From Octopus bimaculoides (lineage: Eukaryota): DNA of 64,000 bases. The notes beneath the pieces are model-generated. The model made no database searches. It saw only the letters and a program-made list of their open reading frames with translations, and was not told the DNA's origin. A program made the position numbers and the translations under genes. This document shows positions 57,133-64,000 of the stretch, piece by piece (positions within the stretch are counted from its first letter, which is position 1; each line of letters begins with the position of its first letter). The DNA lies in the NCBI RefSeq assembly GCF_001194135.2, contig NC_068984.1, positions 130,880,823 through 130,944,822 of the forward strand, in the 5' to 3' direction.

Positions 57133-60100
57133 NNNNNNNNNNNNNNNNNNNNNNNNNNNNNNNNNNNNNNNNNNNNNNNNNNNNNNNNNNNNNNNNNNNN
57201 NNNNNNNNNNNNNNNNNNNNNNNNNNNNNNNNNNNNNNNNNNNNNNNNNNNNNNNNNNNNNNNNNNNNNNNNNNNNNNNNNNNNNNNNNNNNNNNNNNNN
57301 NNNNNNNNNNNNNNNNNNNNNNNNNNNNNNNNNNNNNNNNNNNNNNNNNNNNNNNNNNNNNNNNNNNNNNNNNNNNNNNNNNNNNNNNNNNNNNNNNNNN
57401 NNNNNNNNNNNNNNNNNNNNNNNNNNNNNNNNNNNNNNNNNNNNNNNNNNNNNNNNNNNNNNNNNNNNNNNNNNNNNNNNNNNNNNNNNNNNNNNNNNNN
57501 NNNNNNNNNNNNNNNNNNNNNNNNNNNNNNNNNNNNNNNNNNNNNNNNNNNNNNNNNNNNNNNNNNNNNNNNNNNNNNNNNNNNNNNNNNNNNNNNNNNN
57601 NNNNNNNNNNNNNNNNNNNNNNNNNNNNNNNNNNNNNNNNNNNNNNNNNNNNNNNNNNNNNNNNNNNNNNNNNNNNNNNNNNNNNNNNNNNNNNNNNNNN
57701 NNNNNNNNNNNNNNNNNNNNNNNNNNNNNNNNNNNNNNNNNNNNNNNNNNNNNNNNNNNNNNNNNNNNNNNNNNNNNNNNNNNNNNNNNNNNNNNNNNNN
57801 NNNNNNNNNNNNNNNNNNNNNNNNNNNNNNNNNNNNNNNNNNNNNNNNNNNNNNNNNNNNNNNNNNNNNNNNNNNNNNNNNNNNNNNNNNNNNNNNNNNN
57901 NCACACACACACACACACACACACACACGTAGTAAATGCAAAACACCTAATTGCTAAGTTCACTAGCACCCTCCAATCATTTGTTCAGCACTGAACCATG
58001 CAGGCTGGTTGATATGCCTGACACCTCTTACCTTATGTCTTTTATTACATTATGACATTATATTGGGGAGAAAAAAATGTTTTTATCATGAAAATAGTTT
58101 ATGTTCTGCCAACTGCATTTGGAAGATGACCTAGTGACAAATAAACACTCATTATTGTCAAATATGGTACAAGCAAATTCAAAGACTAGTCATACATTCA
58201 TCATTATCATCATTATCACCACCACTACCATCATCATCCCTGCCACCATCTTGACTACCACCACCACCACCACCACCACCACCAAATTCACCACTGCCAC
58301 CATCATTACCTCATCCACTTTTCCATGCTTGCATGGTCAGACAGAATTTGTTGAGTCAGAATTTCTATGGCTGGATACCCTTCCTGTTGCCAACCCTCAC
58401 CTATTTCCAAGCAAGATAATCTCTATACACATAACAAAATAGTCACAGCGCAAATACAACATGCTTATATTTATCACTTCTTAATCATATGTATGTATAA
58501 AATATTAGTGTTATATACACTAATCAAAGGTATAATATTGAATTTTACATGTTTTTGTAGCATGAGTAACAACTAGATAAGCAGGATATATTAGAGTCAC
58601 ATTTTATTCCTCCAGGTTTAATAAGATCATTCAGTTACAATAATAATAATAATAATAATGGATAATTGTATACAGTGCTCAGGTGCACAACAGTTGTAAC
58701 CAGATAAACAGAACCAAACCACAATTTGAACTAGTTTTCTTTTTATTTGATACAAAATCTAGTTCTCATGTTTTATGATTTAGTTAAATCAAGTATTCTT
58801 TACACCAAAAATGTGTGATCTTTTTAGAAGAGTAACCAAAACGATAGTGTCAGACAGAAATCTTTGTAGTTTTGAGTTAAGCCCCTTTGTGGTCAGTTCG
58901 AAACCAATCTAAGTGCAGTTTGTAATTCATCTCCCTGGAGCTGATAAAAAAAGTACTAATCACTTAGTAGTGTCAATGTAATGTCCTCCTTTATAATGTT
59001 TCTGTCTCTGTTTGGTCCGAAGTTCAGATATAAACTGATATATAATACTTGAATATGAATGGAGGACAAATGTTTCAAATTACACTTGAACATTCTGCAG
59101 TTTTTACTCTGTTTGCATTAGTGATTTTTATTCCAACCACACTTGTATTTACTTTTTAACTACTCACTGAATACCACTACATATAGGAATGCATGCAACA
59201 TATGTTTACAGACCACTCACTTAAAATAAACACTTCTTTATCCTCTCTCTCTCTCTGTTCATACATATGTGTATGCATATATGCATGCATGCATGTGCAT
59301 GTGTCAATGAAATAATCAATATAGTTAACTTAACCTTATTTTAATAAAAAAACAAAGTTGCGTCCTAGAAGATTGTATACATCCTTATGTATGAATACAC
59401 ACACACACACACACACACACACATATTTGCATGCATCCATATAAATGTGTGTTGCATTTTGTTTTTCTATACTAGTAAATGTGGGATGATTTTTTTGCCA
59501 TTCTTAGTCAGGACGACGAGTAAGGTTGATGACTTTTGCAGGCCCACTAAGACTAAATATTTATATATTGTTAGAACAATTATGCTGTAGAAATAAAATA
59601 TACTGTTTTCAGGTAGGCTGAGCCGAAGAGATTTATGTATCTAGCCTAATTGCACTATATAATTCTGCATTCAGGTTTGAACTCCTTATTGCATGAGTTG
59701 TCTAGCACCATGACTTCACTGTCATTGTATCTCATCATGCACACACACACACACATGGGTATGCATGCACACATGCGCACACACACACACATTGGTATGC
59801 GTGCCTGTGCACACACACACATTAGTATGCATGCATGTGCACACACACACACACACCAACATTTGAAGGTAAGAAACAAAAATATGAAAACTAATATTTT
59901 TTCCTCCTATTAGTGACTGACAACACGATAGACTTGAACTTAACCTTTCCAGATTGACAAATCTGTATCTTTAACTTGGCAACATTTTGTTTCAACTAAC
60001 TGCAATATAGATTTTAGATATGTTTCCATCTGCAAACCAATTTCAATTCTATTTGATAATGTCACACCTGATATTTTTCTTCTTCTTCTTCTTCTTCTCT

Positions 60101-60141
60101 GATTGTGATATTAATATTTTCCTTCCACCTTTTATTTTCAG

Positions 60142-60230
60142 ATGCTGCTAAGCTCTCTAAAACGATACAGGACGATGATATAGCTGCATCTTGTTCATCT
60201 TTATCCACAGAGAAAGCTCAGCTGTGTGCT
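60142..60230 (+). other. Candidate 5'UTR exon of the plus-strand gene
   Basis: Long pyrimidine tract ending ttttattttcag at 60141; donor GCT|gtaatt at 60231. Confidence 0.3.
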
Positions 60231-61002
60231 GTAATTTAATTACTGTCTGCTTTACTCTTGACATACAAAATCAATATTACCAAAGCAGCTATTCAGTGAA
60301 AGGGTAACTTTGCTTGCAGCAGCAGCAGCAGCAGCAGCAGCAATGACAACACTGGCAATGCAAGTAACGGCATATAAACAGACAACACTACTGAAACTGA
60401 AACCTATCTTTTAATTCTCCAAACAGGTGGCTTCACGAAGGAACACGTGTAAAACATAAGAGAAAAATTATAAGAAAAGGAATTATGGATTTTTAATTGC
60501 TTCATCTCAGATTTTTATCTCCTGCACTTATCCACTAATGATTAATCATGTCAGCTAACCTGCCTTTGTTTATATATAAATGTTACATTACCACTGCAGC
60601 ATCTACTGCTACTGTTGCTATCCCTGCGAATACTGCTGCTGTTGCTGCCTCTACCGCTACTTCTTCAAAACATACACTTATTATTGATACTGTTGTCTGT
60701 GATACATGAGAAGATAAAGCAGTGAAAAGGATCCTCATTTCTGTTTTTGTATTTATGGAAAAAATGCTTGAAACCAGACAGTCTTTGTAATTATAAACTG
60801 TCCTAACGAGACAGCATGTCCAGGATCGTTCTAAATGCTGCTCCATCATCATCACGTGTTTTGATTTTTGTCTTTTATTTTTTTGTTTTTTGATATTGTT
60901 ACATTTGTGTCGTAAGGAACCAGCCTCTTATTGATGTTACTGTATCTGCTACATAATTAGCTTCAATGTGTTAGCTTCACATTGAAAAGATTCAAGTAAG
61001 AA

Positions 61003-61212
61003 ATGGCTGAGAATTCAGACACAGAGATTACCAATTTAATGAGTGCTTCCTCTAAGAAGGAAAAGAAGAAACCAGACTGGCATCGTTTTGGACTCAGCTG
61101 GGAGCAAGCAAAGGCAACTGACAGCTCTTCTGGTTTTTTGACTGATAACAATGAATCGTTTTATCAACATGCTGATGAGGGTAAACAGAATGAACTTTTT
61201 GCTGAAGATTTG
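61003..61212 (+). CDS. First coding exon of an unidentified gene (70 codons, phase 0); gene continues beyond what can be traced
   Basis: agaaATGG start context, in-frame TAA at 60997, non-repetitive open frame MAENSDTEITNLMSASSKKEKKKPDWHRFGLSWEQ...LFAEDL, donor TTG|gtaagt at 61213; plausible acceptor near 60916. Confidence 0.72.
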
Positions 61213-63239
61213 GTAAGTGTATCACTTTGAGTTTTTCATTGCATTCTTTAAGTATATAAAAAAAAACCCAGGACAAATGTATAAGAAAGAGAAATATTGT
61301 TATTATGATACATTTTTGCATTTTCATCAGTTTTTCTAAATAACCTTAATGTAACATTTGCATGTCTTTCAGTTACCATATGTTTACATAATACTTACCA
61401 AAACCAGGAACTTTTTCTATATTTTTGTAAGGATTTCTTACTTTTTGGAAATAAATTGTGTGGAAGTTAAGAATTCAAATGGGAGGAAAGTTTAAAATTA
61501 GAAGAAGAGTTAGAAATGAAATATTCTATTGAATTATTTTAACCTTTCTCTTCCTCCTTTTGTGTTTATTATGAATATCAAATATTTCTTGATTATCTTT
61601 GATAACCCTTAAAATATAGAAATTTGTATATATTTAGCACTTTATGTTATACTGAAGTTTTAGTGTGACATGATGTAATAGTTACTTAGGCACTTTAATT
61701 ACTGAGCTGGTGATATATTCCTTAAATAATCTATTCAACATGCAAAGTTTTTTTTAGGATAGATATTTTTAGCATTTTACTACAAAAAGCAGAAATGTGA
61801 TAAATCTATAGCATATCCATTTTCAAAACTTTATTGAACTGATTGTTGTCAATGCTGACCATCACTAGTGTCCTAAAATTCTAGTCTTTAGCTTCAGTTT
61901 TTGATTCTAAAGTTATTATTTATTTTTAAATGAGGTGGGGAAACAAGCACTTAGGGCGTTTGGGGGTAAGCAGGTAGAACAATAATAAAATTTAGAAAGG
62001 ATATTTTTTTTTATTTTACTTTTTTGATTTTATTCAGTAAGGTATAAAAAAAATCTCATGTGTGACATATTGCAAGCCCTATAAACATTTCAAGCCTGTT
62101 AAATCAAACCAGACTTTCATGGTGGTGGTGGTGGTGGTGGTGGTGGTGGTAGATTGAAGCAGATAAAGTCTGAAAGAGTAGTCAAAACATGCATGTCCCA
62201 GAGGACCTTCTGAAAAATTAATTTTTCTTGTTTGGATTTTAATTAAATACATTTCTAATAGGTGATATATTCTTCATAGAGCCTTCTTTACTCTTTTTCT
62301 TAAATTCAACTCAACAGCTGTTCTCAAGAACTTCAAGTTGTGTCATGTGAACTTACTTATCCAATGATATGATAAACTTGCCATCATGTTACCACCTTTT
62401 AGTTAGTGTAAAAAAAAAACCCAACTATATTTCTGCTTTTGGCTGGTTTTGTTTATAATCTCTATAACATATACCTCTTAACTCCTCATTGTGTTCCCTC
62501 TATGTAGTTATTAATTCTACCATATTGCCTTATTATCATATTGTTCCCTCCATATTGTAATACCTTCTTTATTGTATGACTTCCATATTGTATCAGTTTT
62601 CCCTATTCTTGTGTTATATTAATATTACATTAACTCCATATTGCATTTCCTTCCTATTGCTTTCCTTCTATATTTCATTAATATATCCATATTGCATTTA
62701 TCATTCCATGTTAATTCAATATTTTATTGATTTTCCCATATCATGCTCCCCTTAACATTGTTTCCCTTGCATACATTGTATTGTTCACATTGTACCACCA
62801 TCCCTATTTAGCCCTCCATATGGTATTCCATTTTGTGCTGGTACTTCCTCTGTATTGTATTGATCTTTATTTTACCAAATTGCGTTCCTTATGTTATGCC
62901 TTTCAGTCACCATATGTTTAGTCAAGTTTCTGCATAATTGTTGGTTTACTTAAATTTCAACATAACTGTTGCCTCATAAACCATAATATTTAATATTTTG
63001 GTTTTTAGAAACATATCAGTAAGTTGCTTCACTGAACTGGTTATCTGTTTTCTTTTTATCCCCCTTTCTTCTTTATCATCCACTTGTTTGTCTTTGAGGT
63101 GTACTCACCTGTTATTTATTCAAAAGGAAGTTTCTTGTTTAACCACTCTATTTCTGCATATCTATAGGCTCTCTCCAACCTTTACGCTTTCAGTTTGGAT
63201 ACCCCCTCTATTTTCCTTCTTTGTAGTAACAACATCCTT

Positions 63240-63900
63240 CATGTGACCTCTACCTACAATACAGACTGTTCCACCCTTCACTCTTTCACGCAAACAATTC
63301 AAACACCTCCACAAAACATGCATCTCTTTTATGAACAATGACTCAATACTATTTTTCTATGAGAACGACAATCTACTCTCTTTCAACAACACCAGGATAT
63401 ATCCACTGCAGAAACAGAGACACACCTACACCTTGGCTATTTATAACTCACATAATTAAAACCTTCAAATTATCTAAAAATGCTAAATGTCACCATTCCT
63501 GTAGCCAATACTTCTTCTCAAAGGCTAGGCATTCTCTTCAGTACCAGAATATACTTCACCTCTGAAGAATTGATGAGCAAACCAAACTAGAGTACTGCTC
63601 ATATATTTCACACAGTGCTGATACCACACACACATACAACCATTCTAGATCATGTATTCTTATCTCTAAAAAAATGTGATCTGCTGATACATTGAAACTG
63701 TCAGCTCTCAAATAAATTTTCTGTGACCCTTTACACCCAAGGGTCTCTGCTCTTCTGAACTAGTAAGTTGTGAGCTGTTTCAACCAACTCTACATGTTGC
63801 ATCCACATCTCTATCTTTTTCCTTCCTTCTGCAAACACAACATTTTCCCAATGCTTCCTTCTTGAAAGTATAACTCTCTGAAATAACATTAATTTGAAAT
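63240..63900 (+). mobile_element. Decayed CR1/L2/Jockey-group LINE RT C-terminus
   Basis: ANTSSQRLGILFSTRIYFTSEELMSKPKLEYCSYI from 63504 resembles the AS.RLG.L.R....F......Y...RP.LEYCS.IW motif. Confidence 0.55.
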
Positions 63901-64000
63901 CAAGCTAAACATTAATTATGTGAACCCTTAAAAGTTTGGGAGGACCTGCAATGCCCTTTTTTCATAGATCCTTACCATCATCATTTAATGTCCAAGTTCC

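Noticed and set aside
60583-60855. Minus-strand ORF ending in Ala/Val-rich sequence
   Set aside because: Low complexity from (CTG/CTA) repeats, no splice or homology support.

Overview
AT-rich, microsatellite- and gap-containing animal genomic DNA. The SINE/LINE repertoire points to an octopod cephalopod (inference from repeat families). The one complete gene is STT3A (catalytic subunit of oligosaccharyltransferase) on the minus strand. I traced 15 coding exons by hand from ATG 28528 to TAA 9190 (2109 nt, 702 aa, all phases consistent), plus a probable non-coding first exon near 34.0 kb. One STT3A intron (17838-19040) has clear U12 (minor spliceosome) signals. A second, unidentified gene runs on the plus strand: its first coding exon is 61003-61212, and its 5' end may lie in a divergent promoter at about 34.3-34.5 kb or in a CpG-rich element at about 44.6 kb. 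The rest is transposon-derived: several tRNA-derived SINE families (including about 14 same-orientation copies stacked at 4.6-7.8 kb and several nested insertions with visible TSDs), hAT, Tc1/mariner/pogo and piggyBac-like MITEs, and decayed Penelope, RTE, L1/Tx1, R4-like and CR1-like retroelements. No CRISPR array, rRNA or true tRNA gene is supported. Apart from STT3A exon pieces, the 61003 exon and retroelement remnants, the supplied ORFs are N-gap or microsatellite artefacts.
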